A stretch of DNA of 64,000 nt from Bacillota bacterium (GTDB lineage: Bacteria > Bacillota > Dethiobacteria > DTU022), in contig JAXHVH010000004.1 of NCBI GenBank assembly GCA_034189085.1, positions 21,821 to 85,820 of the forward strand. Direction: 5' to 3'. Positions 39,349-49,208 of this stretch are shown in pieces (the first letter of the stretch is position 1; the number at the start of each line of letters is the position of its first letter). The position numbers and the translations under genes are program-made. The notes beneath the pieces were generated by a model. The model had not been told where the DNA came from. It was given only the letters and a program-made list of their open reading frames with translations, and ran no database searches.

Positions 39349-40457
39349 TAAAATTAGAAAACGTGACCAAAAAATTTCCCGGCATGTCGATCCCTGCCGT
39401 TAAAGACCTGAACCTTGAAGTTAAAGAGGGGGATGTCTGTATTCTGGTTGGGCCTTCAGGCTGCGGGAAAACGACGACCATGAAGATGATCAATCGTATT
39501 TATGAACCTACCAGCGGGGAGATCTATATCAACGGGCAGAACACCCTGGAGATGGATCCCATCAAGCTGCGTCTTGATATTGGCTATGTTATTCAGGAGA
39601 TTGGTCTCTTCCCTCACATGACAATTGCCGAAAATGTGGCCACGGTGCCAATGGAAAAGAAATGGCCGAAAGATAAAATCAATAAAAAGGTCGATGAAAT
39701 GATGACCCTTGTCGGGCTGAATCCGGAGGAACACAAAAATCGCTATCCTTCTGCTTTGAGCGGCGGTCAGCGTCAGAGGGTCGGTGTGGCCCGAGCAATG
39801 GCTTCCGATCCGCCAATCATGTTGATGGATGAGCCTTTCGGAGCTGTTGACCCTATTACCAGGGCCCGCCTGCAGAATGAGTTTTTGCGGATCCAGGAAA
39901 GAGTAGGTAAAACAATTGTTTTTGTCACCCACGATATTGATGAGGCGATCAAAATGGGTGATGCCATCGCTGTGATGAGGGAAGGGCAGCTGATTCAGCA
40001 TGCCACACCCAGTGATCTGTTGAGTGCTCCGGCCAATGAATTTGTCGAGAACCTGGTTGGTAGGAACAGGTCGATTAAGCGGCTGCACCTGATCCGCATT
40101 CGTGAAATACTGGATTCAGTTAACAGGATTGATCCGGCCACTGTTGATATGTCAGTTGACGATATCAAGAAACGGATAGATGAAAGCGATATCCGTTCGG
40201 TGATGGTCGTTGACCGCGACAACAAGCTTAAGGGCATTATCGGGGTCAACGATTTAAAGAAAAAAGCGGGAGAAGTGGCCTCTGACTACGTGCAGGATGT
40301 ATCTGATTCCATCACTGACGATGCTACCTTGAACGATGCACTCTCGGTGATGCTGGAGTGCGGTGAAGGTTATGTGGCCGTGGTAAACGAAGACGACCAG
40401 TACCAGGGAACAATCACCCTGGGTGACCTGCTCCATGTTGTAAAGGAGGATGATTAA
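39345..40457 (+). CDS. Glycine betaine/osmoprotectant ABC transporter ATP-binding protein with tandem C-terminal CBS domains (OpuCA/OpuAA-like)
   Basis: Walker A GPSGCGKTT, signature LSGGQRQR, Walker B IMLMDEP, and a C-terminal CBS pair. Confidence 0.85.
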   Translation: MIKLENVTKKFPGMSIPAVKDLNLEVKEGDVCILVGPSGCGKTTTMKMINRIYEPTSGEIYINGQNTLEMDPIKLRLDIGYVIQEIGLFPHMTIAENVATVPMEKKWPKDKINKKVDEMMTLVGLNPEEHKNRYPSALSGGQRQRVGVARAMASDPPIMLMDEPFGAVDPITRARLQNEFLRIQERVGKTIVFVTHDIDEAIKMGDAIAVMREGQLIQHATPSDLLSAPANEFVENLVGRNRSIKRLHLIRIREILDSVNRIDPATVDMSVDDIKKRIDESDIRSVMVVDRDNKLKGIIGVNDLKKKAGEVASDYVQDVSDSITDDATLNDALSVMLECGEGYVAVVNEDDQYQGTITLGDLLHVVKEDD

Positions 40458-41178
40458 CATGCTTCGCAAACTGTGGAAGTGGGTTATCATTCCTCTCCTG
40501 CTGATTGTCATCGGTGTGGTTATCGTTGTCTATGCAGTCAATAATCCAACCGATTCTCTGGTAGCCAGGGCCCTTACTTACAGCAATATATTCAAGGCGC
40601 TACGTGAGCATCTGGGATTAATGCTGGTGTCCATGTTCGGGGCAATAATTGTTGGTGTGCTGGCAGGTATTTTGCTTTCCCGCCCCAAGCTCTATTATAT
40701 CGGGCGCGGTGTGGAAAATGTGGTTAACGTGGGGCAGACCATTCCCAGCCTGGCTATCCTGGCTCTTTTCTTTACCATTCTGGGGTTGGGTTTCAGGGTT
40801 GCTGTTTTTGCCCTGTTTCTCTATTCTATTTTACCCATCCTGCGAAATACATTTGCCGGTCTTACCAGTGTTGACGCAAGTATTATTGAATCGGCCAGGG
40901 GTATGGGGTTGAGCCCACGGCGGGTTTTAACCCGCATCGAGCTACCCATTGCTTACCCCATTATCATAGCAGGCATTCGCACCGCAGTGGTCATCAATGT
41001 TGGTGCGGCCACCCTGGCTACTTTCATTGGGGGCGGCGGTTTCGGCGATTTAATTGTTACAGGCCTTGCCGTGCGTCGAGATATGGTTATATTTACAGGT
41101 GCCGGATTGGCTGCCTTGACGGCAATTATTCTCGACTATGTGGTTGGACAGGTAGAAGAACATCTTGTTAGGTGGTGA
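40450..41178 (+). CDS. Glycine betaine-type ABC transporter permease (OpuCD-like)
   Basis: Paralog of the 38737 permease (GQTIPSLAILALF...). Overlaps the ATPase stop. Confidence 0.8.
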   Translation: MINMLRKLWKWVIIPLLLIVIGVVIVVYAVNNPTDSLVARALTYSNIFKALREHLGLMLVSMFGAIIVGVLAGILLSRPKLYYIGRGVENVVNVGQTIPSLAILALFFTILGLGFRVAVFALFLYSILPILRNTFAGLTSVDASIIESARGMGLSPRRVLTRIELPIAYPIIIAGIRTAVVINVGAATLATFIGGGGFGDLIVTGLAVRRDMVIFTGAGLAALTAIILDYVVGQVEEHLVRW

Positions 41179-41254
41179 TAAGAAAAAAGAGTTTTACAAA
41201 TCTGGTTATGTTGGGGCTGTCAAAGAATTACAAAAAAAGGGGGATATTTTTTCT

Positions 41255-42274
41255 ATGAGTAAAAATGTTATGTGGAAAGTAATGGCTTTAATTTTGATCC
41301 TGGCGGTGCCGTTTTTTATGCTGGGATGTGACGGTGGAGCCGAAGAAGGTGCCGAAAACGGCGAAGAAGTAGTCGAAAATGGAGAGGAAAATGGTGAAGA
41401 AACAGCTTCCGGAGGCGGATGGATTTTTGCCACCGACCATGAATATTCTATCCGTGACGACGGCTACATTGGCCTGACCGAGCTGTACGGTTTTGAATTC
41501 GACGATGTAGCGGTTATGGACCTTGGTATTACCTACACCGCTCTTCGCGATGGTGAAGTGCCTGTAGCTATGGGCTTTGCCACTGATGGGCGCATTGCCG
41601 CTTTTGACCTTGTCAACCTGGTGGACGACAAGCATTTCCACCCGGTTTACAACTGTGCCCCGGTTGTCCGCCAGGAAACATTGGAGATGTACCCGGAGAT
41701 TGCCGACATCCTGAACCCTATTGCGGCAGCGCTTGATGCTGAAACGATGTCGACCATGAACATGACGGTAGATATTGAAGAATTTTTAGCTTCCGAAGTA
41801 GCAGAAGAATGGCTTCTTGAACAGGGTTTTATCGGGGATGAACCGGCAGAAATGGGCTCGGGTGATCCAGTAGTAGTGGGTTCGAAAGAATTCACCGAAC
41901 AGCTGATCCTTGGTCAGATTACTATCCTGGCCCTTGAATATAACGGTATACCAACAGTTGATCAGACCGGTCTTGGTGGCACCGTCGTTGTTAGGGAAGC
42001 TCAAGAGGGCGGAGAAGTCGACGTTTACTGGGAGTATACAGGAACTGCTTTAATTTCGCACCTTGGATTTGACGAAGCAATAACCGATCCGGAAGAATGC
42101 TACGCTGTAGTCAGTGAAACAGACCTGGAACAGAATGGCCTGGTCTGGTTGGACTACACTCCTTTTGACAATACCTATACCTTGATGATGCGCAAGGCAG
42201 ATGCTGATGAGCTCGGTATTGTTTCAATCAGTGATCTGGCTGAGACCATTAATTCGGGAGTACCTGCTCCTTAA
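41255..42274 (+). CDS. Glycine betaine/quaternary amine substrate-binding lipoprotein (OpuAC/OpuCC family)
   Basis: Signal peptide plus lipobox FFMLGC, then a Gly/Glu-rich linker, then an OpuAC-like fold. The ATG at 41255 with a AAAGGGGGAT RBS is preferred over the ORF-track start at 41165. Confidence 0.8.
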   Translation: MSKNVMWKVMALILILAVPFFMLGCDGGAEEGAENGEEVVENGEENGEETASGGGWIFATDHEYSIRDDGYIGLTELYGFEFDDVAVMDLGITYTALRDGEVPVAMGFATDGRIAAFDLVNLVDDKHFHPVYNCAPVVRQETLEMYPEIADILNPIAAALDAETMSTMNMTVDIEEFLASEVAEEWLLEQGFIGDEPAEMGSGDPVVVGSKEFTEQLILGQITILALEYNGIPTVDQTGLGGTVVVREAQEGGEVDVYWEYTGTALISHLGFDEAITDPEECYAVVSETDLEQNGLVWLDYTPFDNTYTLMMRKADADELGIVSISDLAETINSGVPAP

Positions 42275-42388
42275 TTAGCAAATTGATAGTTTAAAACGAT
42301 AAGGCTGTTCAAATAATCAGACTAGGAAGGGCAGCTCCTTATAATAAAAGACCGGATCTGAAAGGACCGGAATGTTGAATAAACATTA

Positions 42389-42430
42389 GGGCAAGCAGGA
42401 ATAATATAAATCTTGCTTGCCCTTTTTTGT
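42389..42430 (+). terminator. Intrinsic terminator after substrate-binding protein gene
   Basis: Stem GGGCAAGCA/TGCTTGCCC (9 bp), a 16-nt loop, then TTTTTTGTTTT. Confidence 0.7.
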
Positions 42431-42517
42431 TTTACTGTTCACGACGGCGGAGAAATTCTTATTCATAGGCGCAATTTACTAAAACGGATATTGACATTCG
42501 GAAACGGAGGAATTAGT

Positions 42518-43015
42518 ATGGCTTTAATGGCAAAGGAGATTATGACCTGCCCGGTGATTACAGTCAAAGCCGATACACCGCTGAAAAAGACGGCAGAAAT
42601 CCTTGATGAAAATTCTTTTAGCGGTATGCCGGTTGTTGACGATGATGATCGGCTAATAGGAATCGTTTCGGAGACTGATATACTGCGTTATACTCAACAG
42701 ATCATTGGACAGCCTCTACGTGACCCGCATCAGGTTTTCACAAAGGGCAAGGAAGTGCTTCATGTAGATATAACCCACAGGGGTATTGAAGTAATAGAAC
42801 TGGTAGCTTCTACAACAGTGGAAACCCTGATGACCCGTGATGTCATTTCTGTGGACGGGGAAACCGCAATTAATGAAGTAACCAGACTGATGCACGAAAA
42901 CAGCATCAATCGTATCCCGGTGGTGGATAAAAGCAAAAGACTGCAGGGAATCATCACAAGGGCTGATATAATCAAGGCTATGGTCACAGATTGGCAGAAA
43001 ATCAGGGAGAATTAG
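42518..43015 (+). CDS. Stand-alone CBS-domain pair protein
   Basis: Two CBS motifs (ITVKADTPL...GMPVVDDDDRLIGIVSETDIL; ...INRIPVVDKSKRLQGIITRADII). GGAGG lies upstream of the ATG at 42518. Confidence 0.7.
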   Translation: MALMAKEIMTCPVITVKADTPLKKTAEILDENSFSGMPVVDDDDRLIGIVSETDILRYTQQIIGQPLRDPHQVFTKGKEVLHVDITHRGIEVIELVASTTVETLMTRDVISVDGETAINEVTRLMHENSINRIPVVDKSKRLQGIITRADIIKAMVTDWQKIREN

Positions 43016-43065
43016 CCTGGATTTGCATTGCCAGTAATTTAAGTTTGTTCTGGAGGTATTCAATA

Positions 43066-44547
43066 ATGCGCAGGCCGATTTATGAAGGTGGGGGTTACAG
43101 GGTATTATCGGAAAAGGAAATAAGCCGCATTCATGAAACATCAATCAGAGTCTTGAGAGAAGTAGGATTTGAGATAAACTATCCACCGGCCCTTGAGCTG
43201 TTCGAGAAAAGCGGAGCAAGGGTCGATTATGATCTAAACAGGGTTTATGTTCCCCGGGAACTGGTTTCCCGGGCGATCAAGCAGGCTCCGTCTGAATTTG
43301 TCTTTTGCGGAAGGCAGGAAGGGAAAAGCATCACTGTTGGCGGGAAACAGGTCCATTTCGGTAGCGGAGGCCTGGCCCTTTATGTCCTGGACCTTGAGCG
43401 CAATAAAAGGCCAGGGACGATCCGCGACGTGGCCGACCTGGCCAGGCTGGCCGATAAACTTGAAAATCTCGATTTTTTTATCATTCCTGTTTATCCACAT
43501 GATATCAATATCGATACCGTTGATGTCAATACAAAATATCAGGCCTTGCTCAACACCAGTAAGCCGGTGATGGGTGGTATTTTCAACAAGCAGGGTGTTG
43601 AAGATATTATTGCGATTGCTTCTATCATAGCGGGTGGGCTTGATAAACTGCAAAAACGTCCTTTTATTGGTTTTATTTCTTCCATCACCAGTCCGCTTAA
43701 AATCAGTCCGGAACACGCGGAATATATAATGATGATAGCCCGTTACGGTCTTCCGCTGGCAACTTCAACTGCTCCGACTGCGGGAGCGACGGCTCCTGTC
43801 ACCCTGGCCGGCACCCTGGTGCAGCAGAATGCGGAGGCGCTGATGGGTGTGATCTTAACCCAGTTAGTCAATCCGGGAACACCGGTTCTTTACAGTGCTG
43901 TCCCGGTAACCATGGATATGCGGACCATGTCATTTCTCATGGGCAGCATCGAATCGGGGTTGATGAATGCTGCCATTACCCAGATGGCCCAGTATTACCG
44001 GTTGCCCTGTTACCTGACAGTAGGAGCAACTGATTCCAAGCTGCCCGATGCCCAGGCTGCTCATGAAGGCGCTACAACGGCCATGCTGGCGGCGCTGGCC
44101 GGCGGGAATTACATTCATGAAGCATTCGGTATGCTTGATGGGGCAATGACTGTATCTTACGCCCAGTATGTGATCGATAATGACATCGTTGGCAGCTGTC
44201 TGCGCACCCTGCGGGGTATCGACATAAATCGGGATACTCTGGCCTTTGATATCATTGCCAAAGTTGGTCCGGGAGGCAACTACCTTGGTGAAGAACATAC
44301 TGTAAAATATATGCGTACTGAAAGTTACATGCCCCGGGCCAGTGATCGTCAGCAGTACCAACTGTGGTTTGATGCGGGAAGCAAAGACAGCTGGAAGCGG
44401 GCTGAAGAAGTGGCTGCCCAGTTGCTCCAGGAGCCGGTGGAGCCGATTATCCCGCCGGAGGTTGACGCCAGGATACGGGAAAAATATTCTGACCTGGTCA
44501 GGGTTGAAAGGAATGAAGATCTGAACACCGGGACCGGTTTAAGTTAG
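43066..44547 (+). CDS. MttB-superfamily non-pyrrolysine methyltransferase (glycine betaine-type candidate), linked to betaine importer operon
   Basis: 493 aa from the ATG at 43066 (GGAGG 9 nt upstream). It is closely paralogous to the 2995-4437 protein (GSGG, PVTLAGT, NAEALMGV, IHEAFGMLD). Confidence 0.8.
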   Translation: MRRPIYEGGGYRVLSEKEISRIHETSIRVLREVGFEINYPPALELFEKSGARVDYDLNRVYVPRELVSRAIKQAPSEFVFCGRQEGKSITVGGKQVHFGSGGLALYVLDLERNKRPGTIRDVADLARLADKLENLDFFIIPVYPHDINIDTVDVNTKYQALLNTSKPVMGGIFNKQGVEDIIAIASIIAGGLDKLQKRPFIGFISSITSPLKISPEHAEYIMMIARYGLPLATSTAPTAGATAPVTLAGTLVQQNAEALMGVILTQLVNPGTPVLYSAVPVTMDMRTMSFLMGSIESGLMNAAITQMAQYYRLPCYLTVGATDSKLPDAQAAHEGATTAMLAALAGGNYIHEAFGMLDGAMTVSYAQYVIDNDIVGSCLRTLRGIDINRDTLAFDIIAKVGPGGNYLGEEHTVKYMRTESYMPRASDRQQYQLWFDAGSKDSWKRAEEVAAQLLQEPVEPIIPPEVDARIREKYSDLVRVERNEDLNTGTGLS

Positions 44548-45590
44548 GGAAAGGTGACTACAATTCTAACTGGATTATCCTTTTTATTCCTGAGTATATC
44601 CAGTCCCCGGTTTATCTCCGCGAGGGGCAGCTCAAGACTTACGGAGTGGCTTAAATCAAGACGTCCCTGGGCTACCAGTTCGATAATGATTGGGAAGTCA
44701 GCCCTGCTCTGATCGGCGCTGCCCAGAATAGTTCGTTCTTTTAAGAGCAGATCATGATAAGGATTAAGACCCATTTCTTCCGGGCAGATACCGACTATAA
44801 CCGTACGGCCGCCCCGGCCGGTGCTGTCGACTGCCTGGCGGATTGTTCTGGTCAGACCAATTAATTCGATCGCAACATCTACTCCGCGGCCTTCCGTAAT
44901 TTCTTCGATTTTTTTCTCCACGTTGTCTTCCAGTGGATTAATGACCGCTGTTGCGCCTGCTTTTTCAGCCAGATCCAACTTCTCCGGGGAGAGATCCATG
45001 GCAATAACTTTCCCTGCACCCATGATCCGGGCAATTTGAACAGCATGAATGCCCAGACCGCCGATCCCGATTACTAAAACACCCTCACCGGTTTGTATGT
45101 GAGCCCGCTTCAGGGCATGAAAAGGAGTAGCTACTGCATCGGTCATCAGAGCCGCCCTGGAAAAGGGAATGGAAACAGGAAAGGCAAAAGCATTGCGTTC
45201 GGGGACAACCAGATATTCAGCAAAGCCGCCGTCGATGTTTTTTCCCAACATTTTTGCATCTTTGCAGTAATTATCCCGGTCTGTACAGCACATCATACAT
45301 TTTCCGCATGTAACCAGGTAAAAGAGGCATACCCTGTCACCAGGTTTAAATAAGGTTGCTCCTTTTCCGCACGCAGCTACCTCCCCGGCTATTTCGTGGC
45401 CCAGGGTAATGGGTAACCTGGCCACCTTGCTGCGTCCGTCCTGATAATGAATGTCAGAGCTGCAGATGCCGACCGCCCTGATTCGGACCAGTATTTCACC
45501 TGTTGCCGGCTGCGGGATTCCAAGCTCGGCAATTTCCAGCGGTTTTCCTATCTCAACCAGGCGCGCTGCCTGCATGGTTTTCATGATCAT
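44544..45590 (-). CDS. Zinc-dependent alcohol dehydrogenase family (MDR) oxidoreductase
   Basis: GHEIAGEV zinc site, structural zinc Cys cluster CGKCMMCC..C, and Rossmann VIGIGGLGIHAVQ. Confidence 0.75.
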   Translation of the reverse strand: MIMKTMQAARLVEIGKPLEIAELGIPQPATGEILVRIRAVGICSSDIHYQDGRSKVARLPITLGHEIAGEVAACGKGATLFKPGDRVCLFYLVTCGKCMMCCTDRDNYCKDAKMLGKNIDGGFAEYLVVPERNAFAFPVSIPFSRAALMTDAVATPFHALKRAHIQTGEGVLVIGIGGLGIHAVQIARIMGAGKVIAMDLSPEKLDLAEKAGATAVINPLEDNVEKKIEEITEGRGVDVAIELIGLTRTIRQAVDSTGRGGRTVIVGICPEEMGLNPYHDLLLKERTILGSADQSRADFPIIIELVAQGRLDLSHSVSLELPLAEINRGLDILRNKKDNPVRIVVTFP

Positions 45591-45856
45591 TCCCCCTTGA
45601 TCTTTTTAACAGAGTTCTTTCTTTAATGCACTGATCCTTCTTCCTGAAATAAAGAAACTCATTCGTTGGCCAATACCTTGAATTCAGGTCTTTAATAACA
45701 TTGAACGTATTAATGTTTCAGGTAAGGTCATAATTTTCTTTGCCCTGCCGGGGGAGGAATAATGGAAAAATTGCAGAAATAGTGGCTAACAAGGTAATCC
45801 GTAATCTTTCAGCACAAAATCAGTATAAATAAATTACTGAAAGAAGGTGACCGATC

Positions 45857-46726
45857 ATCTCACTGATAAAAAAAGCGGTAATTCCCGCAGCCGGGATGGG
45901 CACCCGGTTTCTTCCGGCTACCAAAGCACAGCCCAAGGAGATGCTGCCCATCGTTGATAAGCCGACCATTCAGTTTGTAGTGGAAGAAGCTGCTGCAGCG
46001 GGTATTGAAGAAATTTTGATTATAACGGGGCGTAATAAACAGGCTATAGAAGATCACTTTGACAGAAACCCGGAGCTGGAAGATTTGCTCCGGGCAAAGG
46101 GAAAAGAAGAAGAGCTAAAAGAAATTCTCCACATCAGCAATCTGGCCAACATCTGCTATATGCGCCAGAAAGAACCCCTCGGGCTGGGCCATGCTGTCCT
46201 CTGTGCCCGCAGTTTTATCGGCAATGAGCCTTTTGCAGTGCTTCTGGGTGATGATGTAGTCCATGCTCCTGTCCCCTGCATCAAACAGTTGATTGATGTA
46301 TATGCTGCAAAAGGGCAGACAGTTCTCGGTACGCAAAGGGTAGGCTGGGAAAATGTCCATAAGTACGGGATAATTGATACGGATGATCCTGATGCCACTG
46401 TAGTCAGGGTCAAACAACTTACTGAAAAACCGTCCCGCACGGAAGCCGCTTCTGATCTTGCTGTGCTGGGCCGTTACATTATTGAGCCTGACATATTCCC
46501 CATTCTTGAACAAACCGCTCCCGGCAGAGGAGGCGAAATACAGCTGACTGATGGACTGAACACCCTTGCTGCCCGGCAACCGGTCTGGGCTCACAATTTT
46601 GATGGCAGAAGATATGATGTAGGCGACAGGCTTGGGTTTTTGGAGGCGACCCTTGAATATGCCCTGCGACGAGAAGATCTGGCTCCTGCTTTGAAGAGAT
46701 TTTTATCAAGCCTGCAGCGGAGATAA
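45857..46726 (+). CDS. galU: UTP--glucose-1-phosphate uridylyltransferase
   Basis: KKAVIPAAGMGTRFLPATKA...LPIVDKP is the GalU signature. The conserved N-terminal part is encoded upstream of the first ATG (45896), so a non-canonical start (ATC/ATA/CTG, 45857-45866) after the GAAGGTGA RBS is inferred. Confidence 0.7.
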   Translation: MSLIKKAVIPAAGMGTRFLPATKAQPKEMLPIVDKPTIQFVVEEAAAAGIEEILIITGRNKQAIEDHFDRNPELEDLLRAKGKEEELKEILHISNLANICYMRQKEPLGLGHAVLCARSFIGNEPFAVLLGDDVVHAPVPCIKQLIDVYAAKGQTVLGTQRVGWENVHKYGIIDTDDPDATVVRVKQLTEKPSRTEAASDLAVLGRYIIEPDIFPILEQTAPGRGGEIQLTDGLNTLAARQPVWAHNFDGRRYDVGDRLGFLEATLEYALRREDLAPALKRFLSSLQRR

Positions 46727-46956
46727 GGAGGATTTCTCCATTAGCCCACTGAGGCAGCATCAAAGCTTAAAACTCTATCTCCGCTTTTATCCAAAAAAGA
46801 ACGATGGAGTGTAAAGGCATTGACCCGGTGAGACATGAGAGGGTAAGTTTCTGGATATCATCAGTCATATAAATTAGGTTGTATCACTCCGTAATTCGAT
46901 GAATGATGGAGATATCAAATAATGTTTTTCAAACTAAGAGATAGGAGGAATTTCCT

Positions 46957-48270
46957 TTGTATCTTCATTCTTTACCTCTGGCTCCCCTGGCCCGGGAACT
47001 GACCGGGGGGAAGCGCAATGTCCGTGAGTACATTGATGAAACCTGTGATCTTATTGATCAGCTTGATCCAAAAATACAGTCCTTTTTGCCTGAAGAAAAG
47101 CGCCGAGAGAGATTGATCAGGGAAGCGGAATCTCTAATGAAAGTATACCCTGAGCCGGCAAAAAGGCCTCCTCTCTTTGGCGTGTTAATAGGAGTAAAAG
47201 ATATTTATCGGGTGGACGGTTTCCCCACCCGGGCTAATTCAAAGCTTGACCCGGAAATTTTAGCCGGTCCGGAAGCGGAATGCGTGCGGATCTTGCGTCA
47301 GGCCGGGGCACTGGTCCTTGGGAAAACAGTGACTACAGAGTTTGCCTATTTTGAACCGGGACCAACCCGCAATCCGCATAATTTAAACCATACACCCGGT
47401 GGGTCAAGCAGCGGGTCTGCTGCTGCAGTGGCAGCTGGCTTCAGTCCGCTGACTCTGGGAACACAGACCATCGGATCGGTTAACCGACCGGCTGCTTTCT
47501 GCGGGGTGGTCGGTTTTAAACCGAGTTACAACCGTATACCATCTTCCGGTTTGCTTTATTTTTCCCGTTCGGCCGATCATGTCGGCTGTTTTACCCAGGA
47601 TGTTGAGGGGATGATCCTGGTGGCGGAGATTCTTTGTAACAGGTGGAAAGATATTAGCGTTTCCTACAAGCCTACCCTTGGCATCCCCAGGGGGGCTTAC
47701 CTGGAACAAGCTTCACCCGAAGCTCTTGAGGTATTTACCAATCAGCTGGAAAAATTGCGAGCGGAGGATTATTTAATAAAAGAAATTAATGTGCTGAATA
47801 ACATAGAGGAAATTGCCGACTGGCACCATGTCCTGATTTCTGCGGAAATGGCCCTCGAACATGCCGATCTTTACGGACGTTTTGCCCATCTCTACAGGCC
47901 CAGGACAGCCCAATTAATTGAAGAAGGGCGAAATGTTTCATCACAGGATCTGGCTGAAGCAAGAAAAAGACAAAAAGAACTGCGCGAGGAACTGGAAACA
48001 GTGATGAGGGAAGAAAAAATTGATCTCTGGATTACACCCGCTGCTCCCGGCCCGGCCCCGGAAGGTCTTTCGACGACCGGCAACCCGGCTATGAACATGC
48101 CCTGGACCAACAGTGGTCTTCCATCGATATCGATACCAGCCGGAAAAGCAGCCAATGGACTGCCACTGGGTCTGCAGCTGGTAGCTCCCTTTATGGGAGA
48201 TGAACTGCTTCTCAACTGGTCGATTGAGGTGGAAGCGATCTTTGAAGAATTTCAGGCTTACAACGTTTAA
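46957..48270 (+). CDS. Amidase signature (AS) family amidase
   Basis: 437 aa. GGSSSGSAAAVAAG is the AS-family Ser-cisSer-Lys core. TTG start. Confidence 0.75.
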   Translation: MYLHSLPLAPLARELTGGKRNVREYIDETCDLIDQLDPKIQSFLPEEKRRERLIREAESLMKVYPEPAKRPPLFGVLIGVKDIYRVDGFPTRANSKLDPEILAGPEAECVRILRQAGALVLGKTVTTEFAYFEPGPTRNPHNLNHTPGGSSSGSAAAVAAGFSPLTLGTQTIGSVNRPAAFCGVVGFKPSYNRIPSSGLLYFSRSADHVGCFTQDVEGMILVAEILCNRWKDISVSYKPTLGIPRGAYLEQASPEALEVFTNQLEKLRAEDYLIKEINVLNNIEEIADWHHVLISAEMALEHADLYGRFAHLYRPRTAQLIEEGRNVSSQDLAEARKRQKELREELETVMREEKIDLWITPAAPGPAPEGLSTTGNPAMNMPWTNSGLPSISIPAGKAANGLPLGLQLVAPFMGDELLLNWSIEVEAIFEEFQAYNV

Positions 48271-48740
48271 ACTTTTCTTGTTGCCAGGTGGTCCAGGAGA
48301 AATGCCGCTCCCCTGGTAATGAGAATGGCCAGGATTGTGCGCACTCCCAGCAGCACCACCGGGTTGGCGCCGAAAACGGCAAAGATAAAGGTATCTTCTA
48401 TGACCGAGTGAGAAATGCTGAGAAAAATACCGATGAGCATCAAGTCGCGTTTTTTCAGGTAGCCTTCCCGGGCATAGTCAATGATCAGGGCGGAGCCGAG
48501 AATAATCCCGAAAAACATGCCGCCCAGCAGGGGAAAAGCTGCTTCCTGGGGTAAAGTTAAAAAATTAAGCGCTCCTTTTATCCTGCTGGTTATTTTCTCG
48601 ATGACTTGGAAATAGCGAGCCAGTTCAATGAGAATTAAAATCGGAATTAGATAAAGGGCAATTCGTCCTATACTCAACAGGCTCTCGGCAGCAGTTTGGA
48701 TGATCAAAGTGATTATTTCCATCTGCTTAACCTCCTCCAA
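48267..48740 (-). CDS. Nucleoside-recognition (Gate) domain small membrane protein
   Basis: 157 aa, 4-5 TM helices with a Gly-rich Gate-like segment. Paired and overlapping with a similar upstream gene (YjiG/SpmB-like pair). Confidence 0.45.
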   Translation of the reverse strand: MEEVKQMEIITLIIQTAAESLLSIGRIALYLIPILILIELARYFQVIEKITSRIKGALNFLTLPQEAAFPLLGGMFFGIILGSALIIDYAREGYLKKRDLMLIGIFLSISHSVIEDTFIFAVFGANPVVLLGVRTILAILITRGAAFLLDHLATRKV

Positions 48741-49167
48741 CCAGAATATAAATCATATTCAGGAGGAATCCGGCTCCAAGGGCTGTTAAAAGGCGCAGAG
48801 TGGCGGACACGGGTATGGGTAGGCCTGTATAGCTACAAACTACAGTTTCCATCGGCAGTTCGTGACAGATACCGATCATTACCGCCAGAACGGTAACCTG
48901 TTGTGAAGTAAGAGCCAGGGTCGTTAATACGCCCAGAGCGGCATAAAAATTAACAAAAAAACTGAGCAACAGGATAATGGTTGCCTCTCCGGGCAGTCCG
49001 AAAAGAGCCATCGCCGGGGTAAAAAAACCGGCAACTGTTCCGATGATGCCATAATAATCGAGGACTGCCACGAGACAGGATATGGGGACAATAATTTTTA
49101 TCAACAGCCAAAGCAGCCGGAAGCTTTTCATAATTCCTGTTTTAACCGGTTCAATGATAGGAGACAC
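48727..49167 (-). CDS. Nucleoside-recognition (Gate) domain small membrane protein
   Basis: 146 aa polytopic protein. It forms a co-oriented, overlapping pair with the 48267 gene. Confidence 0.45.
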   Translation of the reverse strand: MSPIIEPVKTGIMKSFRLLWLLIKIIVPISCLVAVLDYYGIIGTVAGFFTPAMALFGLPGEATIILLLSFFVNFYAALGVLTTLALTSQQVTVLAVMIGICHELPMETVVCSYTGLPIPVSATLRLLTALGAGFLLNMIYILVGGG

Positions 49168-49208
49168 AGCTGTTTCACCTTCTTCTACAGTTTTTTGGAG
49201 GATAATTT

